Positions 1 through 8,769 of a DNA stretch of 64,000 nt are shown in pieces (the first letter of the stretch is position 1; every line of letters begins with the position of its first letter). The notes under the pieces were generated by a model. It saw nothing but the letters and a program-made list of their open reading frames with translations, searched no databases and had not been told where the DNA came from. The stretch is from Clostridiales bacterium (GTDB taxonomy: Bacteria > Acidobacteriota > Aminicenantia > Aminicenantales > UBA8522): contig JARYMI010000002.1 in assembly GCA_029907205.1 (NCBI GenBank), positions 59,060 through 123,059 on the forward strand, given 5' to 3'. Both the position numbers and the translations under genes were made by a program.

Positions 1-1630
1 TGACCAGAGTGTGCGGCATTTGGGGCGACTTCAGGTAGAACACATAAGCGACATAAATTCCGCAGATAGCCACAGCCACGGAAACCAATATCAGCGTCCA
101 CTCCGTGCCCAGGCCCAGGTGTGCCTCATGAGCCGGCTCGAGGACAGGCTCCAGGAACCTGTTGAACAGGTTGGCCTTCTCGCCGAAAACAACCGGAAGC
201 CCGACATACCCAGCGACGACAGAGAAGAACGCGAGGATGACAAGCGGCACGGTCATCACCCTCGGCGACTCATGGAGATGTCTCTTGGCCTCGGCCTCGA
301 TCCGCTCCTCGCCGTGGAACGTGAGGAAGATCAGCCGGAACATGTAAAAAGCCGTAAGCACCGCGCCCATGATGCCCAGAGCCCAGACAAAATACTGTCC
401 ATGAGCAAAAGCCTGGGTCAGGATGGCGTCTTTGGAGAAAAACCCCGAGAGAAATGGGACTCCAGCGATGGCGATCGCGCCGATGAGGAAAGTCGGGTAG
501 GTGAGGGGAAGATACTTGCGCAGCCCTCCCATCTTGCGCATGTCGAGCTCACCGGAGAGGGCATGCATGACGCTTCCCGCCGCAAGAAAGAGCAAGCTCT
601 TAAAAAAGGCGTGCGTGTAGAGGTGGAACATCCCGGCGGCGTACGCGCCGACCCCGCAGCCGATAAACATGTAGCCTATCTGGCTGATTGTGGAGTAGGC
701 CAGGACCCGTTTGATGTCGTTCTGCGTTAAAGCCATGGTTGCCGCATAAATAGCGGTCAACGCGCCCACGACAGCCACGATCTGGGCTGCTTCGCCTGAA
801 AGCGTGTAGAGGACATTCATCCTGCTTACCATATAAACGCCGGCCGTAACCATGGTCGCGGCGTGGATGAGGGCGCTCACCGGCGTCGGGCCTTCCATGG
901 CGTCGGGCAGCCAGACGTAGAGAGGAATCTGGGCCGATTTGCCCGTCGCTCCAATAAAGAGAAGAATCGCGATGAGCGTGACCAGGCCCGCTCCTAAATG
1001 CCCGCTGTGGACGGCCTCGTTGATCGCCCGGAACTCGCCGGTTCCAACGTGGACGATGAGGAAGAAAATACCTAAGATGAAGGCGGCATCTCCTATCCTG
1101 TTGACGATAAACGCCTTTTTCCCGGCACTGGCCGCCGAGTGCTTTTCGAACCAGAACCCGATCAGAAGATAGGAGCACAGGCCGACGCCCTCCCATCCGA
1201 CAAACATCAGGACGATGTTTGAAGCCATGACCAGAATGAGCATCGCAAAGGTGAAAAGATTAAGGTAGGCAAAGTATCTGGTGTAGCCTTTGTCGTGGCC
1301 CATGTACCCGACTGAATACACGTGGATAAGAAAACCCACGCCCGTAACGACCAGGGCCATGACAGAAGAAAGAGGGTCCAACTGAAGCGAAAGGTTGGCG
1401 CTAAAGCTTCCGGAGGCAATCCAGGTAAAAAGCGTCTTGACCAAGGGTAAGCTCTCATGGTCAACCTTGAGCAAGCCAAGCCAGGCGACTACGGAAATCA
1501 CGAAAGAGGCGAAGACCGAAACGCAGGCCTGGAAGGAAACCCATTTTTTGGGCAGCCATCTCCCGAAAACAGCCAGGACGAAAGCACTGGCTCCGGGGAT
1601 GAACGGTATGAGCCAGAAGGATTCGGTCAT
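1..1630 (-). CDS. nuoL: NADH-quinone oxidoreductase subunit L (N-terminal ~543 aa; C-terminus beyond window start)
   Basis: It is absent from the ORF track only because there is no in-window stop. My minus-strand translation from the ATG at 1630 is open down to position 1. It reads MTESFWLIPFIPGASAFVLAVFG...GWEGVGLCSYLLIGFW...TPVSALIHAATMVTAGVYM...AYSTISQIGYM, the classic NuoL/ND5 antiporter-like signatures. It directly follows nuoK. The + strand track ORFs 11..730 and 1395..2018 are antisense artefacts. Confidence 0.8.
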   Translation of the reverse strand, partial: MTESFWLIPFIPGASAFVLAVFGRWLPKKWVSFQACVSVFASFVISVVAWLGLLKVDHESLPLVKTLFTWIASGSFSANLSLQLDPLSSVMALVVTGVGFLIHVYSVGYMGHDKGYTRYFAYLNLFTFAMLILVMASNIVLMFVGWEGVGLCSYLLIGFWFEKHSAASAGKKAFIVNRIGDAAFILGIFFLIVHVGTGEFRAINEAVHSGHLGAGLVTLIAILLFIGATGKSAQIPLYVWLPDAMEGPTPVSALIHAATMVTAGVYMVSRMNVLYTLSGEAAQIVAVVGALTAIYAATMALTQNDIKRVLAYSTISQIGYMFIGCGVGAYAAGMFHLYTHAFFKSLLFLAAGSVMHALSGELDMRKMGGLRKYLPLTYPTFLIGAIAIAGVPFLSGFFSKDAILTQAFAHGQYFVWALGIMGAVLTAFYMFRLIFLTFHGEERIEAEAKRHLHESPRVMTVPLVILAFFSVVAGYVGLPVVFGEKANLFNRFLEPVLEPAHEAHLGLGTEWTLILVSVAVAICGIYVAYVFYLKSPQMPHTLV

Positions 1631-1631
1631 G

Positions 1632-1934
1632 TTAGCCCTTCATCAGGCGGAATTCTTCAACCTTGATCGTCTTCTTCTGCCTAAAGACAAGCAGGATAAT
1701 GGCCAGCCCGATCGCTGCTTCAGCCGCCGCCACGGTGATGATGAAAAAGACAATGACCTGTCCGGAGAGAGAACCGGAGGCCTTGGCGAGAGAGATGAAA
1801 GCCAGGTTGGCCGCGTTGAGCATGACCTCGACCGCCATAAACATGGTGATGAGGTCTCTCTTAATGAAAAAAGCGATGATCCCGAGCGCAAAAAGGAGCA
1901 AGCTCAAGCCGAAGAAATAGCTAACCGGAATCAT
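1632..1934 (-). CDS. nuoK: NADH-quinone oxidoreductase subunit K
   Basis: 100 aa, three TM helices, ...AAAEAAIGLAIILLVFR... typical of NuoK/ND4L. Its stop abuts the nuoL start. Confidence 0.85.
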   Translation of the reverse strand: MIPVSYFFGLSLLLFALGIIAFFIKRDLITMFMAVEVMLNAANLAFISLAKASGSLSGQVIVFFIITVAAAEAAIGLAIILLVFRQKKTIKVEEFRLMKG

Positions 1935-2446
1935 CTCTCGTCCTTTTTCTTTTTAACGAGCACGATGGCGCCGACCAGAGCAGCAATGATCAGGATTGAG
2001 GTGATTTCAAAGGGATAAAGATAATCGGTGAAGAGCAGCCGTCCGAGCTCGGTTGGGCTGCCGATCGCTGGTCCGGCTTCACCGCGGATAGAAGCGAGCG
2101 TCCCCTTGACTGCCAAGCCGAGCTCGATGAGCAAAAATACTGCCAGCCCCGCGGACAAGCGAATCGTCCATACCTTTCTCTCCGGCCGGATGCCCTCCTT
2201 GAGGTTGACCATCATGATGACGAATATGAATAGGACCATGATGGCGCCCGCGTAGATGATGATCTGCACGGCCGCGATAAACGGCGCGTCTAACAAGCCG
2301 AAGAGTCCGCCGAGCGAGGCGAAGGAAAGGACCAGGAGAAGGGCATTATGGGCTTGGTTTCTTGACAAAATCATGCCAAGGACTGAGCCCACACATAACA
2401 AACCTAACAGGAAGAAAAGCAAAGTACCCATTTTTTGGTCCTCCAT
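1931..2446 (-). CDS. nuoJ: NADH-quinone oxidoreductase subunit J
   Basis: 171 aa membrane protein (…AAVQIIIYAGAIMVLFIFVIMM…). ATGA overlap with nuoK. The order J-K-L is conserved. Confidence 0.8.
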   Translation of the reverse strand: MEDQKMGTLLFFLLGLLCVGSVLGMILSRNQAHNALLLVLSFASLGGLFGLLDAPFIAAVQIIIYAGAIMVLFIFVIMMVNLKEGIRPERKVWTIRLSAGLAVFLLIELGLAVKGTLASIRGEAGPAIGSPTELGRLLFTDYLYPFEITSILIIAALVGAIVLVKKKKDER

Positions 2447-2504
2447 TATATTTTTTGTATTTTGACGATGTCAAGATTTTTTCTGTCCTTTGTTTTTTGG
2501 TTCT

Positions 2505-2532
2505 TTGACAAGCGAAATAATTTTGCTATAAT
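2505..2532 (+). promoter_or_regulatory. Near-consensus sigma-70 promoter for tRNA-fMet (TTGACA, 16 nt spacer, TATAAT)
   Basis: TTGACA at 2505..2510 and TATAAT at 2527..2532. The mature tRNA 5' end at 2544 lies about 11 nt after the -10 box. Confidence 0.55.
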
Positions 2533-2543
2533 AACGGCGACAA

Positions 2544-2620
<77 letters not shown>

Positions 2621-2884
2621 CCCCCCCTTTACGCGGCTATTCAATGAACCATTTCCAAAAAAACTCCGCGTGTTGCGACTAAATCCATGGCCAGAGGGCC
2701 AAAGATATAAGCTTAGGCGTTTCCTCTGTCCCGCCGGATGCCGCTAATGTGGACGAACCGGCTTGTTGGCCCGACAATTTATCCAGGTTTGGCAAAGAAA
2801 AATTTTTCCCTGTGTTTCAATTTTATCATGGGCTCAGCGACTAAACAGATGAAGACAAAATTACGTGGGTGACGACCCTGCAGT

Positions 2885-3298
2885 GTGGAGCGAAAAGAAA
2901 TGAATAATGAAAATTTCGCAGAAAATGACGTTAAGATTCTTGTCGTCGAAGATGAGGCCATCATCGCCATGGACATTCAGCTTATTCTGCGCAAACTTGG
3001 ATTCTGGGACTCGGAGGTCGTATATTCCGGCGAAGAATCCATCCAGAGGGTCGCTGAGCGCAAACCCCACCTCGTCCTCATGGATATCAAATTAAAGGGA
3101 AAGTTGGACGGCATCGAGGCCGCCACGCACATTTTCTACGACTATAAAGTTCCCGTGATTTACATTACGGCCTTCGGCGATGAGGACACGTTGAAAAGGG
3201 CCAACGGGAGCGCCCGTTACGGCTTCATTACCAAGCCTTTCGAGGAGGCCGACCTCCAATCCACCATCCAGAACGCCCTCCACAAGGCTTATAATTAG
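2885..3298 (+). CDS. Stand-alone response regulator receiver domain (CheY-like)
   Basis: KILVVEDEAIIAMDIQ...LVLMDIKLKGKLDGIEAA...ITAFGDE...TKPF: phospho-acceptor Asp and the conserved T and K are present. There is no output domain. The likely true start is the ATG at 2900. Confidence 0.7.
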   Translation: MERKEMNNENFAENDVKILVVEDEAIIAMDIQLILRKLGFWDSEVVYSGEESIQRVAERKPHLVLMDIKLKGKLDGIEAATHIFYDYKVPVIYITAFGDEDTLKRANGSARYGFITKPFEEADLQSTIQNALHKAYN

Positions 3299-3398
3299 CT
3301 CTTATAATCATTCCGCTCAATTTCCGGATCAAAGGAAATTCGTGTTTAATTTGGAACGCTTCCTTCATTTCTCTTTTCCTGGCCGATGGAAAAAGAAG

Positions 3399-4427
3399 CT
3401 ATCGCAGAAGAAACCCGCGTCGGAGAGGGTCATCGGGGTCGATCAGGAACTCGTTTCTTCCCGTGATATGAGCGCTTCCTGTCACTTCGGGAGTGACCGC
3501 CTCGTATGGCCCGAATCGTGTTGTCTCAACAATCCGACACGCGAAGCACGTTCCTAAGATGCTTTCTGTGACAAAAGAATCGCCGACCGTCAACTCTCCT
3601 CTTGCATAGTGAAGAGCAGCCCTGGCGCTCAAGCCGGTTCCGGTCGGGCTGCGGTCAACCTCCCCGTCGGCGAAAACGCAGACATTCCGGCTATGATGGG
3701 CAGGATCCTCGGGCTCGCCAACAATGATTGTTCCGTAGAGAAACTCTAAATCCTCCTCAAATGGATGTCTGATGGGCAGCTCTGCCATGACCGCCCTCTT
3801 GACCAGCATGCCCGCCTCGATCAGACACCTAAATTCTTCGGGCACAAGGCGGACACCGAGGTCCTCTGCCAGGCACAACGCATAAAAAGCGCCTCCAAAA
3901 GCGACATCATACTTCACTCTTCCAACCCCGGCTACATTCACCTCTTTGTCGAGGGCATAAACAAAGGATGGGACGTTGAGGAAAGAGACAGATTTTACCT
4001 TGCCGCCTGAAATTTCAGCGGACGCCCTGACCTGCCCGGCCGGCGTGTCGATCTTGAGGACGACCGGTTCGCCCTTGACTCTAACCAATCCGGTTTCGAA
4101 CGCCACCGTCACCAGGCCAATGATCCCGTGCCCGCACATCGTGCTGAATCCCTCATTATGGAGGAAAAGAACTCCGAAGTGGCTATCTGGCGAAACGGGC
4201 TCGGTCAGGATGCACCCGTACATATCGGCGTGGCCCCGCGGCTCCCACATGAGCGCTGTGCGCACCTCATCAAGATGCTCGCGGGCATAGCGACGTTTCT
4301 CGACAATTGTCCTGCCAGGAATAGGGGAGAGGCCTTCGGTGATGACGCGCAACGGTTCGCCTGCCACATGGGCGTCGATCGTCCTGACGATGAGCCAGTT
4401 GGGCGGTGGTTTCCAGTTAATGGCCAT
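3399..4427 (-). CDS. Proline racemase superfamily protein, probable trans-3-hydroxy-L-proline dehydratase (Cys/Thr active-site pair)
   Basis: First catalytic motif MCGHG present. The second motif is DRSPTGTG, with Thr where racemases and epimerases have Cys. That Cys/Thr pattern is the dehydratase-type signature of this family. I set the start at the internal MAINWKPP (ATG 4427), because the upstream track extension is Arg-rich low complexity. Confidence 0.6.
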   Translation of the reverse strand: MAINWKPPPNWLIVRTIDAHVAGEPLRVITEGLSPIPGRTIVEKRRYAREHLDEVRTALMWEPRGHADMYGCILTEPVSPDSHFGVLFLHNEGFSTMCGHGIIGLVTVAFETGLVRVKGEPVVLKIDTPAGQVRASAEISGGKVKSVSFLNVPSFVYALDKEVNVAGVGRVKYDVAFGGAFYALCLAEDLGVRLVPEEFRCLIEAGMLVKRAVMAELPIRHPFEEDLEFLYGTIIVGEPEDPAHHSRNVCVFADGEVDRSPTGTGLSARAALHYARGELTVGDSFVTESILGTCFACRIVETTRFGPYEAVTPEVTGSAHITGRNEFLIDPDDPLRRGFLLR

Positions 4428-4542
4428 TTTTCTGTATTTTATCAATTGGCCCGCTCGCCGGCAACATCTTCGTTTTCTTGAATTCAACCCCGTAATTTGA
4501 TATACGGAAATAGCCACTCAATTTTTTTGTTAAGGAGTACAC

Positions 4543-5937
4543 ATGTTTAACGCAAGCACATACATCAAAAGGCGAAAACTTTTGCGCCAGCAGTTCAAGT
4601 CCGGCCTCATTCTTTTTCTGGGCAACGAAGAGAGCCCGATGAATTATCCTGCCAACACCTACCGCTTCCGGCAGGACAGCTCTTTTCTCTACTTTTTCGG
4701 CCTTAACACACCCTCTCTTGCTGCCGTCATCGACATCGACGCCGGCAGGGAAATGGTTTTCGGCGATGACGTCAGCCTTGAGGATGTCATCTGGATGGGC
4801 TACCTCCCGAGCCTCAAGGAACGGGCCCAGGTTGCCGGCATCCGCCACACGGCCTCACTTTCCCGCCTCGAGGAGCCGATCGCCAGGGCGCTGAAGCAAG
4901 GAAGGACGATTCATTATCTTCCGCCTTACCGGGCAGAGACAGCGGTCAGGCTCTCCACGCTCCTCAAAAAACCGGCTGCCAGGATCAAGAAGGCCGCCTC
5001 AGTCGAACTCATCAAAGCTGTTGTCAGCTTGCGTTCGACCAAGAGCGCCGAGGAAGTTGCTGAAATCGAGAAGGCCCTCGAGGTCAGCCGCGAGATGTAC
5101 CGGGTTGCTTTGAGGCTGGCCAGGCCCGGCCTTTATGAACGCGAGATTGTTGGCGCCATCGAAGGGATTGCCCTGGCCCGGGGCTACGAGACGGCCTTCC
5201 CGATCATTCTGACCATAAACGGCCAGATCCTCCACAACCACTACCATGGCAACAAGCTCGAAAAAGGCCGGCTGCTTGTCATTGATGCCGGCGCCTCCTC
5301 GCCGCTCGGTTACGCCTCGGACATCACGCGAACGGTTCCGGTGGGCGGCGAGTTCACACCCAAGCAGCGAGGCGTTTACGAGGTCGTTCTGCGCGGTCAG
5401 CTCAAAGCCATTGAATCCATCGCGCCCGGCATCAAATATAGAGACGTCCATTTAGCTACGGCCAGGGCCATGGCTCTCGGCCTTAAAGAGCTGGGGCTGA
5501 TGAAAGGCGACATCGACGAAGCCGTGGCCGAGGGCGCTCATGCCCTTTTCTTCCCCCATGGTCTTGGACATATGCTCGGTCTTGACGTCCATGATATGGA
5601 AGGCTTGGGCGAGAATTACGTCGGCTACGATAAAACTGTCGAGCGCAGCAAACAATTCGGCCTGGCCTATTTGCGGCTGGCCCGTGAGCTGCGTCCAGGG
5701 TTCGTCCTCACCGTCGAGCCGGGCATCTATTTCATCCCGCCGCTCATTGACAAGTGGAAGGCCGAGAATAAATTCAAGAGCTTTATCAATTACGCCCGGG
5801 TGGAAGGCTATCGAAACTTCGGCGGCATTCGCATCGAGGATGACGTTCTTGTCACTGACGACGGCTGCCGGGTCCTGGGAAAGCCCATCCCCAAGACTGT
5901 GAGGGATATAGAGACGGCGATGGCGGGGAAAAAATGA
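4543..5937 (+). CDS. Xaa-Pro aminopeptidase / prolidase (M24B)
   Basis: N-terminal creatinase/prolidase domain plus C-terminal pita-bread domain with HGLGHMLGLDVHD and the Asp/Glu metal ligands (…DAGASS…VEPGIYF…IEDDVLV). Confidence 0.75.
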   Translation: MFNASTYIKRRKLLRQQFKSGLILFLGNEESPMNYPANTYRFRQDSSFLYFFGLNTPSLAAVIDIDAGREMVFGDDVSLEDVIWMGYLPSLKERAQVAGIRHTASLSRLEEPIARALKQGRTIHYLPPYRAETAVRLSTLLKKPAARIKKAASVELIKAVVSLRSTKSAEEVAEIEKALEVSREMYRVALRLARPGLYEREIVGAIEGIALARGYETAFPIILTINGQILHNHYHGNKLEKGRLLVIDAGASSPLGYASDITRTVPVGGEFTPKQRGVYEVVLRGQLKAIESIAPGIKYRDVHLATARAMALGLKELGLMKGDIDEAVAEGAHALFFPHGLGHMLGLDVHDMEGLGENYVGYDKTVERSKQFGLAYLRLARELRPGFVLTVEPGIYFIPPLIDKWKAENKFKSFINYARVEGYRNFGGIRIEDDVLVTDDGCRVLGKPIPKTVRDIETAMAGKK

Positions 5938-6767
5938 AAATTGCCCTCGTCCAGCAGCACTCCACCGCAGACCGCAATGAAAACTTGGCGCGGGGCGTTG
6001 AGGCATTTCGCGAGGCTGCACGGCAGGGAGTGGATCTCGTCGCTTTTTCGGAGCTGGCGTTTCTTCGATTCCTGCCGCAGAGGCCGGCAACCCAGGAAGC
6101 GCTTGCGGTGGCCGAGCCAATCCCGGGCCCGACGACTGAGACGTTTGTTGAGCTCTGCCGAGAGCACGGGATCGTGGCTGTCCTCAACCTTTTCGAGCGA
6201 TGTTCGATCGATGGCAAAACATACGATTCCTCGCCTGTCATCGACGCCGATGGCCGGCTCGTCGGCGTCACACGCATGGCTCATATCATGGAAGGCCCCG
6301 GGTTTCACGAAAAAGGTTACTACGCGCCTTCGCCGGAAGGGCCGCGCGTCTACGAGACGGCAGCCGGCCGGGTCGGCGTGGCCATCTGCTACGACCGCCA
6401 TTTCCCCGAGTACTTGCGCGCTCTCGGCCTTTCAGGTGCCGAGATTGTCGTCGTGCCCCAGGCTGGCGCGGTGGGCGAGTGGACTGAGGGTATCTTCGAG
6501 GCTGAACTTCAAGTAGCGGCTTTCCAGAACGGCTATTTCGCGGCGCTTGTCAACCGTGTCGGAAGGGAGGAGGTCGTCTATTTTGCCGGTGAATCTTACG
6601 TCGTCGACCCCGACGGCCGGGTTATTGCCCGGGCGCCCCGAGACCGGGATTGTATCCTTTACGCTGACTGCGATTTGAGCAGGATCGCATCCTCGTTCGC
6701 CCGCAAGCATTTCCTCCCGGACCGGCGGCCCAGGTTTTACAGGTCTTTCGGGATAATCGAGGAATAG
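5934..6767 (+). CDS. Carbon-nitrogen hydrolase (nitrilase superfamily amidase)
   Basis: MKIALVQ...FSELAF (Glu), ...GVAICYDRHFPE (Cys nucleophile). ATGA overlap with the prolidase gene. Confidence 0.75.
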   Translation: MKIALVQQHSTADRNENLARGVEAFREAARQGVDLVAFSELAFLRFLPQRPATQEALAVAEPIPGPTTETFVELCREHGIVAVLNLFERCSIDGKTYDSSPVIDADGRLVGVTRMAHIMEGPGFHEKGYYAPSPEGPRVYETAAGRVGVAICYDRHFPEYLRALGLSGAEIVVVPQAGAVGEWTEGIFEAELQVAAFQNGYFAALVNRVGREEVVYFAGESYVVDPDGRVIARAPRDRDCILYADCDLSRIASSFARKHFLPDRRPRFYRSFGIIEE

Positions 6768-6797
6768 AAACGAAAGAAGAGAAGCTGGTCTCTGCCC

Positions 6798-7280
6798 ATG
6801 AAAAGCTGGTTCGTCATCAACACCAAGCCCAAAAAGGAATTCCAGGTGAAAATGATTTTCCAGGAGGCTGGGTTCAACTACTACAACCCGGTTTACGAGA
6901 GCGAGGGCAAAGTAAAGCCCTTTTTCCCGGGATATGGATTCCTCTTTTTCGACTTTCCTGGCCAGTACCAGCTCGTCCGGTTCACGCGCGGGGTCAAGAG
7001 AGTCGTCGGCAACCGCGAAGGCCCCATTCCCATCCCGGAAGACATGATCCAGGAAATCAAGAGGCGCGAGGTCAACGGCCTGATCGAGCTGGCCAAATAC
7101 GGCGAGGAGCCCGAAGTAGGGGACGAGGTCGAGATTGCCGAGGGCCCATGGAAAGGCTTGCGCGGAATTTTCAAAAAGGAGCTCAGCGACAGGAACAGAG
7201 TCATGATCCTGCTCAGCTACGTTTCCTTCCAGGGCCAGCTTCTGATTGAAAAGAAGAAGCTCAAGAAAGTGGCCAAATAA
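6798..7280 (+). CDS. NusG-paralog transcription antiterminator (UpxY/LoaP-like, KOW domain)
   Basis: WFVINTKPKKEF...GYGFLFF...GDEVEIAEGPWKGLRGIF: an NGN domain plus a KOW motif. It sits immediately in front of a sugar aminotransferase gene. Confidence 0.6.
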   Translation: MKSWFVINTKPKKEFQVKMIFQEAGFNYYNPVYESEGKVKPFFPGYGFLFFDFPGQYQLVRFTRGVKRVVGNREGPIPIPEDMIQEIKRREVNGLIELAKYGEEPEVGDEVEIAEGPWKGLRGIFKKELSDRNRVMILLSYVSFQGQLLIEKKKLKKVAK

Positions 7281-7302
7281 TGCGCACAGGAGGAGTGCAG
7301 AG

Positions 7303-8574
7303 ATGAAAAGTCCGGCGATGAATATCCCCATCCTCGACCTTAAAGCCCAGTATGCAGCGATAAGGGAGGAAATTAACCAAAAAGTTCTTGCCATCCTGGA
7401 TTCGCAAAACTTCATCCTTGGCGCAGAGGTGAGGGCGCTGGAGGAGGAGATCGCGTCCTTGAGCGGGACGCGGTTTGCCGTGGGCGTCTCGTCTGGTTCG
7501 GATGCGCTAATTATCTCGCTCATGGCGTTAGGAGTTGGTGCCGGAGACGCTGTCATCACGACGCCCTTCACGTTCTTCGCCACAGCCGGAGCCATCGCCC
7601 GGGTTGGAGCTGAGCTTGTCTTCTGTGATATCGATGAGCGCACCTTTAACCTCGACTCGGAGCGGCTCCGGGAGGTCATAGAAAGGCGGATGAAGAGAAA
7701 GCCGGGGAGGGCAGGGAGCAGAGGCAAAAAAGGGAGAGGAGGGAAGCGCACTTTGAGGGCGACTGGAAGGAGGACAGGGAGGGAGCAGGCAGGCCAGCTC
7801 AAGGCCGTCATTCCAGTCCACCTCTATGGCCAGTGTGCTGACATGGACCCGATCCTGGCAGTGGCGAAGGAATACGGGCTGGCCGTGGTCGAGGATGCCG
7901 CTCAAGCCATCGGGTCGGAATACCCATCCCAGCGAGGAGTCAAGAAGGCCGGGACAATGGGCGCTCTGGGCACACTGTCTTTCTACCCTTCAAAAAACCT
8001 GGGGGGCTGCGGCGACGGCGGCATGGTCCTGACTGAGAGCCAAAAGCTCGCTGATAAACTGCGGTGTCTCAGGCAACACGGAGATACAAAAAAATATTAT
8101 TATAAAATGCTGGGAGGGAATTTTCGGCTCGATGCGCTCCAGGCAGCCATTTTGAGAGTCAAGCTAAGGCACCTAAATGCCTGGCAGGCGATGCGGCGAG
8201 AGAGGGCCACTACCTACGACCGGAGATTCGCTGAGAGCGGCCTCGTCGCTGCCGGCCTTGTAAAGCCCCCCGTTGCAGTTTACAAAAATTGCGGTATTAC
8301 CAATTATCATACCTTCCATCAGTACGTGGTGAGAGCAAAGAAGCGGGACGCGCTTCAGGCTTTCCTGAAAGAAAAAGGAGTGGGGACGTCAGTCTTCTAC
8401 CCGCTGCCGCTCCACCTCCAGAAATGCTTTGCTTACCTGGGCTACAAGAGAGGCGATTTTCCGGTGTCGGAAAGGGCGGCAAAAGAGGTGCTGGCCCTGC
8501 CCATGTACGCCGAGCTCACTCCAGACCAACAGGATTACATCATCTCCTGTTTCAAGCAATTCTACGGTAATTAA
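7303..8574 (+). CDS. DegT/DnrJ/EryC1-family PLP sugar aminotransferase with ~40-aa basic insertion
   Basis: MKSPAMNIPILDLKAQY...GAEV..LE.E...VSSGSDAL...VIPVHLYGQ.ADMD...DAAQAIGS (PLP Lys region). AGGAG RBS 8 nt upstream of the ATG at 7303. The track ORF starts earlier at a TTG that overlaps the nusG-like gene. Confidence 0.75.
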   Translation: MKSPAMNIPILDLKAQYAAIREEINQKVLAILDSQNFILGAEVRALEEEIASLSGTRFAVGVSSGSDALIISLMALGVGAGDAVITTPFTFFATAGAIARVGAELVFCDIDERTFNLDSERLREVIERRMKRKPGRAGSRGKKGRGGKRTLRATGRRTGREQAGQLKAVIPVHLYGQCADMDPILAVAKEYGLAVVEDAAQAIGSEYPSQRGVKKAGTMGALGTLSFYPSKNLGGCGDGGMVLTESQKLADKLRCLRQHGDTKKYYYKMLGGNFRLDALQAAILRVKLRHLNAWQAMRRERATTYDRRFAESGLVAAGLVKPPVAVYKNCGITNYHTFHQYVVRAKKRDALQAFLKEKGVGTSVFYPLPLHLQKCFAYLGYKRGDFPVSERAAKEVLALPMYAELTPDQQDYIISCFKQFYGN

Positions 8575-8755
8575 GGGGACGTCATACGTAACTCCTAAAT
8601 AATATTTTATAAGGGCAGCTTATCCTGGGCTCGGACTTCTACGGATAGCATGAATCGTGAAGTTGCCCGACTTCGTAGACGTCCTATGATGAAAGAACTG
8701 CCGTTTTCAATGACTCAGGAATTGAGCGAAATTAGGGAATTACGTATGGCGTCCC
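8575..8755 (+). repeat. 17-bp inverted repeat (GGGGACGTCATACGTAA / TTACGTATGGCGTCCCC) enclosing ~147 nt
   Basis: It starts at the first base after the DegT stop. There are 16 Watson-Crick pairs plus one G-U pair. That pair is G-U only in the + strand transcript and would be C-A on the other strand. The second copy ends 15 nt before the FmdB stop. Confidence 0.45.
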
Positions 8756-8769
8756 CCGAATACAGAGGG

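Noticed and set aside
11-2018. Long + strand ORFs (11..730, 939..1172, 1395..2018) and minus-strand 600..1196 over the first 2 kb
   Set aside because: Low-complexity Arg/Ser-rich translations, antisense or out of frame to an uninterrupted NuoL reading frame on the minus strand. They are high-GC antisense artefacts.
6432-7811. 459-aa minus-strand ORF spanning the C-N hydrolase end, nusG-like gene and DegT start
   Set aside because: Pro/Leu/Ser-rich nonsense composition. It is antisense to three well-supported + strand genes.
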